Assembly: GCA_964416155.1 (NCBI GenBank)
Contig: CAYQCW010000001.1
Span: 1-64,000 of the forward strand
From: an uncultured Nitrososphaerota archaeon
GTDB lineage: Archaea > Thermoproteota > EX4484-205 > JAAOZP01
Direction: 5' to 3'
DNA length: 64,000 nucleotides
Of the stretch, positions 8,318 to 18,112 are shown piece after piece (the stretch's first letter is position 1; each line of letters opens with the position of its first letter). The notes beneath the pieces were generated by a model. It did not search any database, had not been told where the DNA came from, and was given only the letters and a program-made list of their open reading frames with translations. Made by a program: the position numbers and the translations under genes.

Positions 8318-10156
8318 CTAACCTATAAGGTTTATTTTCTTCAGGAGCTCGAGGGAGACCTCCCGGGTTGGGCTTTCCGGCCTAGAAAGGCTTCTGAAGG
8401 CTTGAGAAACGTATAGCAGTGTTGAGACTTCTTCATCGCTTAAAACACGTATCTTAACATTCCCCAGGGAATCCAGGGCTTTCTGAAGCTCCGGGTCGAC
8501 TGGGCATGTGGTTAGCAGAACAATCCGGTCGAGCTTTCTGCTCCTCGCAAAGTCTATAAGGGGCTCAATACTGCTCCTTCTAAGCCCCTCAGAAGGCTTC
8601 GGCACTTTAATCATAACCCCGACTTGTGCTCCCCCTCTAGTGTTGTCCATGAAAAGCAGGTCTATCTCCCTCCTCCGGGTCAGGGAAACGTTTATTCTCC
8701 TCCTGCCCATGAGGCTCTGCTTTCCGAGACCTGTTTCAATAAGGCTTGAAACCGCTTTTTCAAGGACGATCGCCCTCTCAGAGGATTTCTCAATGTTGTA
8801 GAACCTTGTTGTTATCTGGCTTTTAACATCGCTGTCGGGCGTAACTGGGGTTGCAAGCCTAGCGGCGGGCAGACCCATTTTCATGACTGCCTCCATCGCT
8901 ATCACAGTATCAACGTAATCAGGTTGAGTAATGCCCCTCCCAAGTCTTTCAGCAAGTATCTCGATGCAGGCGAAACACTCTGACAGAAGTCTCCTGATTT
9001 CCCCGCCTGAGTTTGCCCAGAGAAGTTTAACACTGTTCATGGGAAACATGTTTGAATACGAGCCGCCACCCTTGTCAAGGTAGAGGGCCTTCACATACCT
9101 GTCGATTATGTCCTTAGCCTCCTCCACGCTTATCTTCTCAAGGCTTATCGGGGTTGAGGAAACCCTGCTAACTATTGCAGGCGCCACCCTGAACCTCTGC
9201 CCCTTCAACTCTTCAAACATAACCGGAGTTAAAAGCAGAAGTATGAACAGCCCGCCTGGACCATTGTCCACAATCCTCTTTAAAGTATGGAAGAAAATGT
9301 CAACATTATCCTGCGCCAGCGTCTCAACCTCGTCCACAACGATTACGAAAGGCGAGTTGCTGACAAGCTTTGACAGATTCACCAGCGTTGTTAAGAACTT
9401 TAAAGCGTTCTCGTCGGACTCCCTCAGATAGTCGTTCGAATGCTTAACGCCCCAGCTCCCGTAATACGGGCTTGGAAGCCACAGGAACCATTTCGCCAGC
9501 TTGAGATCGATGAACCTCCTTGTTTTCGAAGGCTCAAACCTTGTTTCAAACATTTTCTCCAGCTCTTCAAGCTCAAGCCTTACGAGCCCAGTTATCTCAA
9601 GCGTTCCCTCCTCAACAAGTTTCCTTACAACCCTGAAATCGTTTAAAACCGTGTTGAAAGCCTCCCTAGCCTTCTCAGCCTTTTTACCTAGGACTGTTGA
9701 AATCAGTCCGACGCTAACAGTTTTCTGAAACAGTTCGTAACCCATCTTGGAGATCAGCGTCTGGTGTAGTCTCAGGGAAAGCTCCATGAAAAACTCTTCG
9801 CTGCCCAGTGTCTCCACAACCTTGGAGATGAGGAAGACGAGGGAAGGCTTGTAAACAGAGTCTTGAATAGTCGGCATGTATGAGAAAGACTGACCCGGTT
9901 TCTCCTGGCTTAGAAGGTATTGAAGGTGTAGGGCGAGATGCGTCTTCCCGCTTCCAGCATCCCCTATAAGCATGTCGATCTTAGGCTCCTCAAGCCTGAA
10001 CGAGTAGTCTATCTCCTCCCTAATCCTTTTCAACGCGTTTATTCTGGACTCTCCGCCAAGTATCCATATTCTGCTTGGGACAGGGGTCAGAGGGAAAGGA
10101 TTGGCTTCAAGCATCAGGCGGGAATACTTATTTGACGATTGCATAATGGTAAACAC
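8318..10156 (-). CDS. AAA+ P-loop ATPase with C-terminal Mrr-like PD-(D/E)xK restriction-endonuclease-fold domain
   Basis: Walker A GDAGSGKT, Walker B VIVVDEVE, sensor-2-like GEIRRLL. C-terminal LEKAVSSL...REIDLLF...VGVMIK...IVLLTT...RVLSDEEV follows the Mrr_cat pattern. Confidence 0.75.
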   Translation of the reverse strand: MFTIMQSSNKYSRLMLEANPFPLTPVPSRIWILGGESRINALKRIREEIDYSFRLEEPKIDMLIGDAGSGKTHLALHLQYLLSQEKPGQSFSYMPTIQDSVYKPSLVFLISKVVETLGSEEFFMELSLRLHQTLISKMGYELFQKTVSVGLISTVLGKKAEKAREAFNTVLNDFRVVRKLVEEGTLEITGLVRLELEELEKMFETRFEPSKTRRFIDLKLAKWFLWLPSPYYGSWGVKHSNDYLRESDENALKFLTTLVNLSKLVSNSPFVIVVDEVETLAQDNVDIFFHTLKRIVDNGPGGLFILLLLTPVMFEELKGQRFRVAPAIVSRVSSTPISLEKISVEEAKDIIDRYVKALYLDKGGGSYSNMFPMNSVKLLWANSGGEIRRLLSECFACIEILAERLGRGITQPDYVDTVIAMEAVMKMGLPAARLATPVTPDSDVKSQITTRFYNIEKSSERAIVLEKAVSSLIETGLGKQSLMGRRRINVSLTRRREIDLLFMDNTRGGAQVGVMIKVPKPSEGLRRSSIEPLIDFARSRKLDRIVLLTTCPVDPELQKALDSLGNVKIRVLSDEEVSTLLYVSQAFRSLSRPESPTREVSLELLKKINLIG

Positions 10157-10652
10157 CCCTAGCCGTCTTCAACCCATTACCCGGCTCCCCGCTTCCCGCG
10201 TGAAGTTGAAAAGCGTATGGATCACTACTGTTCAACTCTATTATCCTCCTGTCGAATTCATCGCCACTTATAGTTAATTCCTTGGATACTTTAAGCCTGA
10301 GGTCCGATATTTTCACATACGGAGCTATTGGACTAGTCCTCACCAGCTCACCATACTTCAACCTTAAAGTCTCGAGGAACCTCTCAGGCGACAGCTGTTC
10401 AGCCTCCTTAAGCCTAGCGTACTTTAAAACCGGGAAGCCCCAAACGTTTTCAACGCAGTAGGCCCTGCCCGACTCAGATGCCCTATACTTTTTAATGGTT
10501 CTAGGCCTTCCTTCAACCGGTTCAAGAAAACCTTTTTTAACTAGTTCTTTGAATTCTTTTTCAGTAAGCCTGCCAGCCTTCTTAACCATTTTCTCCGTAA
10601 CCCCCTTAGGGGTATCAGCGAAGACAAGCGCAAGCAATTGGAACTCGTTCAG
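10128..10652 (-). CDS. Hypothetical protein, probably tandem winged-helix-like; partner of the ATPase
   Basis: ELVKKGFLE...KKYRASESGRAY wing motif and C-terminal VKISDLR...EFDRRIIEL. AAGGTGA RBS precedes an in-frame CTG at 10652 (track start 10637). Overlaps the ATPase start. Confidence 0.65.
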   Translation of the reverse strand: MNEFQLLALVFADTPKGVTEKMVKKAGRLTEKEFKELVKKGFLEPVEGRPRTIKKYRASESGRAYCVENVWGFPVLKYARLKEAEQLSPERFLETLRLKYGELVRTSPIAPYVKISDLRLKVSKELTISGDEFDRRIIELNSSDPYAFQLHAGSGEPGNGLKTARGVYHYAIVK

Positions 10653-10696
10653 CCGGTATCACCTTATTAAAAATGGGCCTAGGTGGTTTTTAAAGC

Positions 10697-11278
10697 TTGC
10701 CTGACGGCCAGCCACAACAAGCCCCTACCTTCCTCGGAGTATCGAGAGGTTTAGATAAAGTTAAATCCTATGGGCGAGATATTTTTCTGCACGAGGAAGG
10801 CAAACGGTTGGAGATGAGGCGAAAAAGGAAGCATAATGTGGTTTTTCCCAGAACCATGTTTAAATGCAGAGGGTGTGGAAAATGCTGCGTCGACGATATT
10901 AGGCGTGGGAGACGGATAGTTCTAACCAAGATTGACGCCTTAGAGATCTCAAGCACTACTGGAATTGGATTAAGCGAGTTTGCAGAGGAAAACAGTAGTG
11001 AAGCCTACCCATACGCTATTAGGCTTGTCAACGGAAGATGCTTCTTCCTCGAGCCGGACAGCAAGTGCAGGATTTACCCGGTCAGACCCCTGGTGTGCAG
11101 GTTCTACCCTTTCGTAATGCAGAAGGTTGGGGAAACATACGTGTTTCACGCCGACCCTTTCTGCCCCGGGCTTGGGGAAGGCACTTATCTTGACGAGGAA
11201 TATTTTGAGAAGCTTGTCGAGCAGGCTGAGAAGCGTTTAAACAGGTCTACTGGGCGGTGCGAGGCGCGCCGCAGTTAG
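10697..11278 (+). CDS. YkgJ family cysteine-cluster (CxxCxxCC) protein
   Basis: FKCRGCGKCC, CFFL, CRIYPVRPLVCRFYPF, CPGLG. The true start is probably downstream, near 10814. Confidence 0.85.
   Translation: MPDGQPQQAPTFLGVSRGLDKVKSYGRDIFLHEEGKRLEMRRKRKHNVVFPRTMFKCRGCGKCCVDDIRRGRRIVLTKIDALEISSTTGIGLSEFAEENSSEAYPYAIRLVNGRCFFLEPDSKCRIYPVRPLVCRFYPFVMQKVGETYVFHADPFCPGLGEGTYLDEEYFEKLVEQAEKRLNRSTGRCEARRS
11157..11224 (+). repeat. 68-bp direct repeat copy within the ykgJ-like 3' end
   Basis: Matches 8234-8299. Confidence 0.95.
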
Positions 11279-11815
11279 GACATCTAGTCTCGCCCTGGGG
11301 GAAAACTGTTCCACAATACTTGCATGAAGCAGTCAATGGCGCTTGCTGAACTTGAGATGGTTGGGAGACCTGTATTTCGATGTTTTCACTAGTCGCATCG
11401 GGGCGACCCTCTACTGCGATAACTCCCTTCAGATTCCAGGCTACAACCCTATCCATACTCTTTAAAGAAGGCTTTGCTCCAGGAGGGATCAGTATTTTAA
11501 ACCGGAAGCTTTGAACAAAGCCCTCTGGAATGTGCAGGGGCCCAGCCAACTGTGGCCTAGCTGAAAAAATAACTGCAGACTCCCAGACCTGTTGCTCAAA
11601 CTCTCTTTTAAGAGTCGTGTCGTAAACCCTCTTGGTCTTACTCGCTCTACGCACTCGAGTTCGCATCTGACCTCGGTGCAATCAAACTCTTCCTGAGACT
11701 CGACCTGCACCGTTCCCTCCACATTGCCGTCGAGATAAAAGAGCTGATCCTTCAGAAACATGGAGATGTTCACCCGGGGTGGGGTAACCTTCTCCCGCAG
11801 TTTTTTTAAAAACAT
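11247..11815 (-). pseudogene. Arrestin-N/SpoOM-like protein with C-terminal zinc ribbon, split by a frameshift near 11640
   Basis: ORFs 11489..11815 and 11247..11681 join at ...CELECVER/KTKRVYD... into one beta-rich protein (VEGTVQVES..FDC.EVR.EL; FKILIP...PS...VAWNLKGVIAVEGRPD) ending in CKYC..CPNC. Confidence 0.65.
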
Positions 11816-11849
11816 TTTCAGGAGTGTGCGAGAATTTTAAACGGTGGGC

Positions 11850-13046
11850 TCACAAAGATATTAGCGGGAAGTTTGAAAGAATTATTATGAGTCCCCCGAT
11901 GAAAAAAGGCAAGTTTATATTTATAGAGCCAGAATATCCCGCTAAGAAGGGGCCGATAATGTTTCCCAAGGAGCTTATGAAGTTGACCACGTTATAGTCT
12001 CTCCCCCGAGTCTCATCATTACAGTATTTTTGAACGAGGTAGCTTCTAAGAGGGAGCCATACGGAAGCACCCGCAGGATCGTGTAGAAGCCACAGGGCTG
12101 CAGAAGTGGTGAAGTCGCTTGGCAAGGTGGCTAGGGATGTGAAAATCCCCTGTAAACATGTGAAAAGGATTAGGGAGGATTTATATGAAAACTTTTTCAA
12201 ACCTGTTACAATCCTGCTGCTGAGCAACATGGGTATTCCTAAGCTAAGCCTGTGGACAGTCATCAGGATTGAAAGCGTTTCCAAGGACAACGAGAACTTT
12301 TTTGAAAAGAACATGGGTGTGATGAAGGAGTGTGTAGCAGAGCCCCCTATCGTTACAACTAAGCCGGAGACAGCCATTATCATAAGCCCCCTGTTTAAAC
12401 CCTTTCCAACATGTTTTTCTCCGAGGGTTTTCGCGATACGCCTTGTCGCTGGAACACCCTGTTCAGCGAAGAGGAAAACTATTGCTAAGAAGCCTACTAC
12501 TTGAAGAAACCCTGAAAAAACAAGGGGAAGCCAATAGCCATAAGTGCTGATGAGCAGCCCGGCGGACGCGAGGCCCAACGCCTGAGAGGTGAACTCGACC
12601 CCTGAAACCTTAGAATAGGATGCGATGAAGCCTCTGCGATCCTGTTCATAAACCATGGTTGCGAAAACAGCATTCCGTATGGCGACCGCCGAGTCGAAAA
12701 GAATCTTGAGAAGAACCATTACACCTATTGATTTAAAATTTGGCGTGAGGAAGTAAGAGAGCCCGGCGAGCAGTGAAGCCAGCGCTATGAAAACTTTTCT
12801 ACCATACTTGTCGGATTTAGCCCCGAGAAAAATGCTGAGAAATGTGATGAATATTGCTGAAGCTGTGAACACATATCCGATCTCCATAAGTGGAATAGAA
12901 ACATGATCCATGTAGAGGGGAAACATGATCTCGTAAAGCCCGAAGGAGAATCCGAAGAGCCATGTTGATACAAAGAGCGCGGAGAGACCTTTTCCGTTTA
13001 GCATGTGTTTACGGGCCGTTAGGCAAGGGCTTATAAGCATTAACAT
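11850..13046 (-). CDS. MFS transporter
   Basis: About 12 TM segments, motif A GAKSDKYGRK, C-terminal IIGPFLAG. Confidence 0.9.
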   Translation of the reverse strand: MLMLISPCLTARKHMLNGKGLSALFVSTWLFGFSFGLYEIMFPLYMDHVSIPLMEIGYVFTASAIFITFLSIFLGAKSDKYGRKVFIALASLLAGLSYFLTPNFKSIGVMVLLKILFDSAVAIRNAVFATMVYEQDRRGFIASYSKVSGVEFTSQALGLASAGLLISTYGYWLPLVFSGFLQVVGFLAIVFLFAEQGVPATRRIAKTLGEKHVGKGLNRGLMIMAVSGLVVTIGGSATHSFITPMFFSKKFSLSLETLSILMTVHRLSLGIPMLLSSRIVTGLKKFSYKSSLILFTCLQGIFTSLATLPSDFTTSAALWLLHDPAGASVWLPLRSYLVQKYCNDETRGRDYNVVNFISSLGNIIGPFLAGYSGSININLPFFIGGLIIILSNFPLISL

Positions 13047-13082
13047 CGTTAAGTTTTTAAGCAGCCTTTAAAATAGAGAAGC

Positions 13083-13631
13083 ATGGCTAAACGTGGCACG
13101 GGTGTCAAATATTTTACTGAGCCAGGTTCCAGGAACACTGGTAAGGTGATAAAGGCTGTCGCCGAGAGACTTGGGAAAGGAGACTTGGCGAAGGTTGTTG
13201 TTGCAAGCACCTCTGGGAGGACGGGAGTCAGATTCGCAGGGGCGTTGAAGGATAAGGCACAGGTTGTCGCCGTGTCTCACGAGAAGATGGATCCCAAGCT
13301 GAAGGAAAAAATAAGCAGTCTCGGAGGAATCGCTGAAGACGGTACACACCTGTCTCTTCACGGAAGGGGGATGGATAAGGTTAGGGATGCGTTCTACACT
13401 CTCGGACAAGGATTCAAAGTGGCTTTGGAAGTTATTCTAATAGCTGCTGACAAGGGGCTTGTTAAACCGTATGAGGACGTTATAGGCGTCGGCGGAAGCG
13501 GCGAAGGTGCTGACACGGCGGTGGTGGCAAGGGCAACGCCGACCAGGGAGATTTTCAGCAGCGATAAGTCTAAGAGGCTTGAAGTGAGAGAAATAATCTG
13601 CATGCCGCTAAAGAAGAAATGGTGGGATTGA
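13083..13631 (+). CDS. Pyruvate kinase C-terminal-like alpha/beta protein (MTH1675-like)
   Basis: YF.EPG..NT, VVVASTSGRTG, GQGFKVALE...AAD.G, GADTA, REIICMP. Confidence 0.8.
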   Translation: MAKRGTGVKYFTEPGSRNTGKVIKAVAERLGKGDLAKVVVASTSGRTGVRFAGALKDKAQVVAVSHEKMDPKLKEKISSLGGIAEDGTHLSLHGRGMDKVRDAFYTLGQGFKVALEVILIAADKGLVKPYEDVIGVGGSGEGADTAVVARATPTREIFSSDKSKRLEVREIICMPLKKKWWD

Positions 13632-13743
13632 ATACGTAAAGCAAGCAACTCAATAGTAAGGCTTGTTTTTCTCTAAACATGTTCCAGCTTAAGAAATTTA
13701 AAGAATATCGTCTTAGACAAAACCCTATAAATCCCGTTTCGCG

Positions 13744-13830
13744 GTGGAGCCGACTTGACACAGCGTTAACCCGCAGGATGAAGCTTCAGGCTGAGAATCA
13801 GGAGCCCCATACTTAAATATTAGGAGTTAA
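13744..13830 (+). mobile_element. Relic resembling an IS200/IS605 tnpB 3' end / omegaRNA region, copy 2
   Basis: GGAGCCGACTTGACACAGCGTTAACCCGCAGGATGAAGCTTCAGGCTGAGAATCAGGAGCCCCA aligns by eye with the minus-strand copy at 7900-7990 (GGGGCTGGCTTTACACGGCCCTTAACCCGGCAGGGTGAAGCCTTAGATTGACTAACCGGGAACCCCA). Confidence 0.5.
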
Positions 13831-13862
13831 AAATCCTGTTCTAGGCCAGGTAGGGTTTAGAG

Positions 13863-14537
13863 ATGGTTAGGAAGCTGCCGGATAGATTCCTTAAGTGGGC
13901 TTACTTTGACAGGGTTCGCTTCATCAAGTCAATCCTAAACGCTGAAAAAACGGATAGAGCGATGTTCCTTATAGAGTCGACGAGGCATAACCCAGCTCTC
14001 TGCACAGCCCGCATCAAGAATACTAAAATAAATTTGAACGCGAAGATTGTTGGCGCCGGCTTTGTTCCTAGGCAAAGTTTCCTTGAGGATGCTATTAGAG
14101 AGCTCAGGTCTCTCGTGGAAGCCGGAGGTTCAATGACTATTGAGGAGTATGCTAAAAATGGACTTCAAATCTTGCTGAGACACCTGTATTTTGAGGACGA
14201 GAAAGAGGCGAATCTTAGAGTCGACTTTACTAAAATAGCAACTCTTGAAATAGGTGTGAGAATAGAAGGGTCGTCTAAGCACACATGGGAGAATGTTCAG
14301 AGCTGTAGGCAGGCAGTCATGCTTTACTATATGCCTCCTAACACGAGTTTCGAAGTTAGAGGTGAGCTCGACGTATTGACCGAAGGAAAATATTTTGAAT
14401 TCGTTAATTTAGCTCATGACGCGTTTCACTACACTCCCAGTGAAAAAAGAGCCTTAAAGCCATGTTACATCTTGAATGTCGAGGAGGTTTATGATAACGG
14501 TACTACAGAGGAGGGTTTCGGCCGCCTTCTGGAATAG
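13863..14537 (+). CDS. FMN-binding split-barrel (pyridoxamine 5'-phosphate oxidase-like) protein
   Basis: KHTWENV, SFEVRG and YILNVEEVYDN motifs. Confidence 0.6.
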   Translation: MVRKLPDRFLKWAYFDRVRFIKSILNAEKTDRAMFLIESTRHNPALCTARIKNTKINLNAKIVGAGFVPRQSFLEDAIRELRSLVEAGGSMTIEEYAKNGLQILLRHLYFEDEKEANLRVDFTKIATLEIGVRIEGSSKHTWENVQSCRQAVMLYYMPPNTSFEVRGELDVLTEGKYFEFVNLAHDAFHYTPSEKRALKPCYILNVEEVYDNGTTEEGFGRLLE

Positions 14538-14640
14538 ACTGTGGGAAAGCGTTTAAACGGATGCTTCTAAGAATCCTCGTCGCCTAAAGCAAAACCTGTT
14601 CCTCCAACTAGGTAATGTACAATGCCTGAGGCAACTCACG

Positions 14641-15969
14641 TCAGGATAATTGACGCGTCATCTTGGCTTCAGAGTTAACCCTCCGCCAGTAAAGCTTAAA
14701 CAACACGCCTGAAGACTTGGGCCTTATTTCTCTGATAAGGCTCTCTTCGAGCCTCAATGATTCTTCGAAGGCCTTGATGGTGAGATTTTTCAAGTCCTCT
14801 AGAGATGCTTTACCGTTAAGAAATTCTAATCTCAGCTCCTCGGCCCCAGAGTATAGCCGAGCCTCTAAAGACTCTATCTGTTCACATATCTTTGGAAAGT
14901 AGTGTTTAAAGGAGCCTAGTACTCTCCTGCTTAACTTCTCATGTAGCCACCAGACTGAATTGGAGTCGTAAAACCTATCCGGCGTTAGTTTCAAATCAGG
15001 TAGACCGGCCTCCATGAAGACCGGTTTGTAAACACTTATGCAGGGGGTGGATGTTGCAGTAAACCAGTGGATCGGTACTTCTTCGAAAAGCTGGCCAACA
15101 TAGGAGGCTGCAGTCTGAGACGGTCTCGCAAGACCTCCCGCATGCATACAGATGTCCCTCATAGATCCTTTCGCCGGTGTAAAGTTTTCACCAAGCGTAT
15201 GGCTTCTCATAATATTCTTAACGAGATAAACATCTATCTTACCCATATTTCGCTCTAAGCATCCTTGAGTATACGCATGCCTCTCCCTGCCGCGGGCGAA
15301 ACGAGAGTAAAACCAGTCCGAATAGCATTTAGAGAAATCAAAATCCCTATCGTCCTTACACCAGCCTCTTTCAACAGCATGCTCAACAATGCTCTTAGAA
15401 GCGAGGTCCCACTTGTTTTTAATGGTTAAAGCGTTGGAAATGCTCCTTACGCTCTTCACTTTCTCAGCGGCCCAATATTTCCCAGCGGTCTCCAAGACCC
15501 ATGCTTCCCGAGGGTCAGATATTATGAAAGAGTTGTGATAATAAGTTTTGCTTTTAAACCCGCAGTTACCGCCTTGGCCGAATTGCTCCAAGTATTTAAC
15601 TATGAGCATAAGGGCTTCATATGAGTCCCTGCATCTTTCTAAGGCCAGCCTTAGTAAATCCATCCCGGTTAAGCCCTTCTCCAGTTTATCCTCTCGAGTG
15701 AACACAGCCTCGTTTCCTATCGCCAATCCGAACTCGTTAACACCCATTTCAGCCCCCCACATCCAGACCGGCCTTGAAATAATCACAGCATATGTTTGCT
15801 TTACCTGTGGAACCCTGATGTAAGTACAGTCCAAGAACTCCTCGTCATGCTCTTTTCGAGGATAGAACTCTAACGCCTGAGGCTCGTTCGGCTCCCTGTC
15901 ACTGTTCTTAGCGAAAATCGTAACCCCATCCTTAGTCGAGTTCTTAAGCGCTACTAAAGTGTCGCACAT
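14641..15969 (-). CDS. Peptidase C69 / secernin-like Ntn hydrolase
   Basis: N-terminal MCDT nucleophile, FAKNSDREPNEPQ, WGAEMGVNEFGLAIGNEA, GMDLLRLALER. Confidence 0.9.
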   Translation of the reverse strand: MCDTLVALKNSTKDGVTIFAKNSDREPNEPQALEFYPRKEHDEEFLDCTYIRVPQVKQTYAVIISRPVWMWGAEMGVNEFGLAIGNEAVFTREDKLEKGLTGMDLLRLALERCRDSYEALMLIVKYLEQFGQGGNCGFKSKTYYHNSFIISDPREAWVLETAGKYWAAEKVKSVRSISNALTIKNKWDLASKSIVEHAVERGWCKDDRDFDFSKCYSDWFYSRFARGRERHAYTQGCLERNMGKIDVYLVKNIMRSHTLGENFTPAKGSMRDICMHAGGLARPSQTAASYVGQLFEEVPIHWFTATSTPCISVYKPVFMEAGLPDLKLTPDRFYDSNSVWWLHEKLSRRVLGSFKHYFPKICEQIESLEARLYSGAEELRLEFLNGKASLEDLKNLTIKAFEESLRLEESLIREIRPKSSGVLFKLYWRRVNSEAKMTRQLS

Positions 15970-16088
15970 GCTTTAGTTCAACTCATTAAGAGAAAATAAA
16001 CCTTTATCCGGGTTTACATGCACGTGAGCACTCAAACTAGACGGGCTGATTTCAACCGCGATTAAAAACTTAAATTGCTACATGATGC

Positions 16089-16922
16089 TTGCCCCCTGTG
16101 AACGCGGCTGAAGCCATAAGCCTCATCCTTATCGCATTCGCTTCTACAACACTGCTTTCAGCCGTCGGGTTGGCGGGTGGCGTGCTAATAGTCCCGACCT
16201 TAATCCTGCTTTTCGGGCTAGAATCAAGGTATGCTTCAGGCACAAGCATTTTCGCAATAATATTCGGAATCTTCTCAGCTGCATTCACGTATTTCAGGCA
16301 GAGGAGGGTCGACGTGAAGCTCGCCCTGCTCTTCGACGCACTTGATATACTGGGCGTGGTGGCAGGAGCGTACTTAGTTGTTATCCTGCCATCCTTGGTT
16401 ACAGCCCTCCTCATGGGGGGTTTTCTACTATTTTCAGCATGGACGCTCTGGGCGGGCGGCGTTAAGCATCCTAGAAACGTTGAGAGGAGGAAACGGAGAA
16501 TAACTGTTAAGCGGCGTCTGACAGATAGAGATGGAAATGTCTACGAGTATGGGCTCGGTGTTCCAGAGCTCGCCTTATCCCAGCTTGCAAGCATCCTGAG
16601 CGGCGTTGCCACGGGTCTGTTCGGAATAGGAGGGGGAGCGGTGGATACGACTGTGATGATGCTGATCGGAGTCCCGCCTCACGTAGCTGTAGCAACATCG
16701 GTTTTCGGAATGGCTGTAACGAAGATGGCGGGTCTTTTCTCACATCTTGCTTTAGGAAATGTTTTACTGGAATACGGCATACCCCTTGCTGTCGGAGCCA
16801 CACTGGGAGGACAGCTTGGTCCAAGGATTTCCAAGAGGCTCAGGCCTCTGATGCTTAGGAAGGCTTTAAGCATAGTTGTTCTCATCATAGGTCTCAGAAT
16901 GATCACGCTATGGTTTGGATGA
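16089..16922 (+). CDS. TauE/SafE (TSUP) family membrane transporter
   Basis: GLAGGVLIVP and GLFGIGGG repeats, about 8 TM segments. Confidence 0.9.
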   Translation: MPPVNAAEAISLILIAFASTTLLSAVGLAGGVLIVPTLILLFGLESRYASGTSIFAIIFGIFSAAFTYFRQRRVDVKLALLFDALDILGVVAGAYLVVILPSLVTALLMGGFLLFSAWTLWAGGVKHPRNVERRKRRITVKRRLTDRDGNVYEYGLGVPELALSQLASILSGVATGLFGIGGGAVDTTVMMLIGVPPHVAVATSVFGMAVTKMAGLFSHLALGNVLLEYGIPLAVGATLGGQLGPRISKRLRPLMLRKALSIVVLIIGLRMITLWFG

Positions 16923-16947
16923 GCCGGAGCCGCGATGATCATTGTTT

Positions 16948-18004
16948 TCACATATCGCATCCCTCATAATAATTCATGAAGTCTTCGAAAGCTGTGCAAA
17001 CCGCATCTATGTTTTCAAGCGGTACATCCTCATGTATTTCGGAATACATCATTAAGCCACCTTTCTCTGAGCCCAGTTTGAAAACAGCCTCTCGTATGTG
17101 GCTCCTGATCGTTTCAGGATTGCCGAAGGGAACTATGTGTTGACGGTCTATGTCTAGGTCGATGCAAACCTTTCCCTTAATCCTCTCCCTAATATTGTCT
17201 ATGCCGTTAACCCTATCCTGAATGTTTAAGGCTGTAACACCTGCCTCTTTCAGAGAATCAGCCACCTCCATTATGTGGCCGTCAGTATGCAGGTAAACCC
17301 TTATCCCTGAACTTCTGACTCTCTGGAATATTTTCCTATAGAAAGGGTATAGGGACATTCTGAAGGTTTTGACGCTTATAGGCATTCTGTCTTGAAGACC
17401 AAGGTCGTCCCCGAAGGAAACCATGTCCACCTTGAGCCGGATTAATCTTTCAACCAAGGCGAGATTGTATTCGGTCAGCATCTCTATTAGTTTTTCAAGC
17501 CGACAAGTGTTTCTAACGAAGTCGATCATCAGGTTTTAAGCCCCTTAGATAATAGAGTCTTTGGAAGAAGAAGCCGCGAGGCATGCTTCCGACAACGATA
17601 TCATCGGTGCTTCTCGCTCTATCTATTCTCTCCTCAATCGCATCCCATTGGTCTATTCCACCACCCTCCTGAACGATTCCTCTCTCCGGTCTGGCAGAAT
17701 GTATCGCGCTAAGTCAGCCCAATCCTTCAAAGGATGCTTCAACCTGCCCCTGGAGTCCGCTTATGTTGAACCTCCATAAGCATCCGAAAGCATCTAGAAC
17801 TTCTCTCCCTCTGACTCTGGATCAAGTCGTTGAAGTTGACACTCCCTCTTTTTGAATGCTGGGGAAAGCCTCGTATACCTGGCAAGCAGGTCCTCAAGCT
17901 TCTCTATACTTGTTCCAAGCCGTTGGGAAAACCCTTAGCCTACACGGGATCCATCCGCAACCATTCATGTCTATGACTCTAAGCTTCTTCTCCCTGATGC
18001 TCAA
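16948..18004 (-). pseudogene. URO-D/MtaA-fold (cobalamin-dependent methyltransferase-like) gene with several frameshifts in the 5' half
   Basis: The intact 3' ORF 16948..17529 has DDLG and LHTDG. Upstream fragments WIPC..FPTAWNKYRE, FGCLWRF..GLQGQV, HPLKDW and FQRLYYLRG lie in shifting frames and match paralog 45828..46949. Confidence 0.85.
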
Positions 18005-18112
18005 AACCGAAGAATGCGGGTTTTCAATCAAGCTTTAAACCTTACTTGTTTGTAATTCTTAGTTTCGCCGGAGGCTTAAAACTTAAGTATTATTGAGAAT
18101 CGTTCAGGAAAC

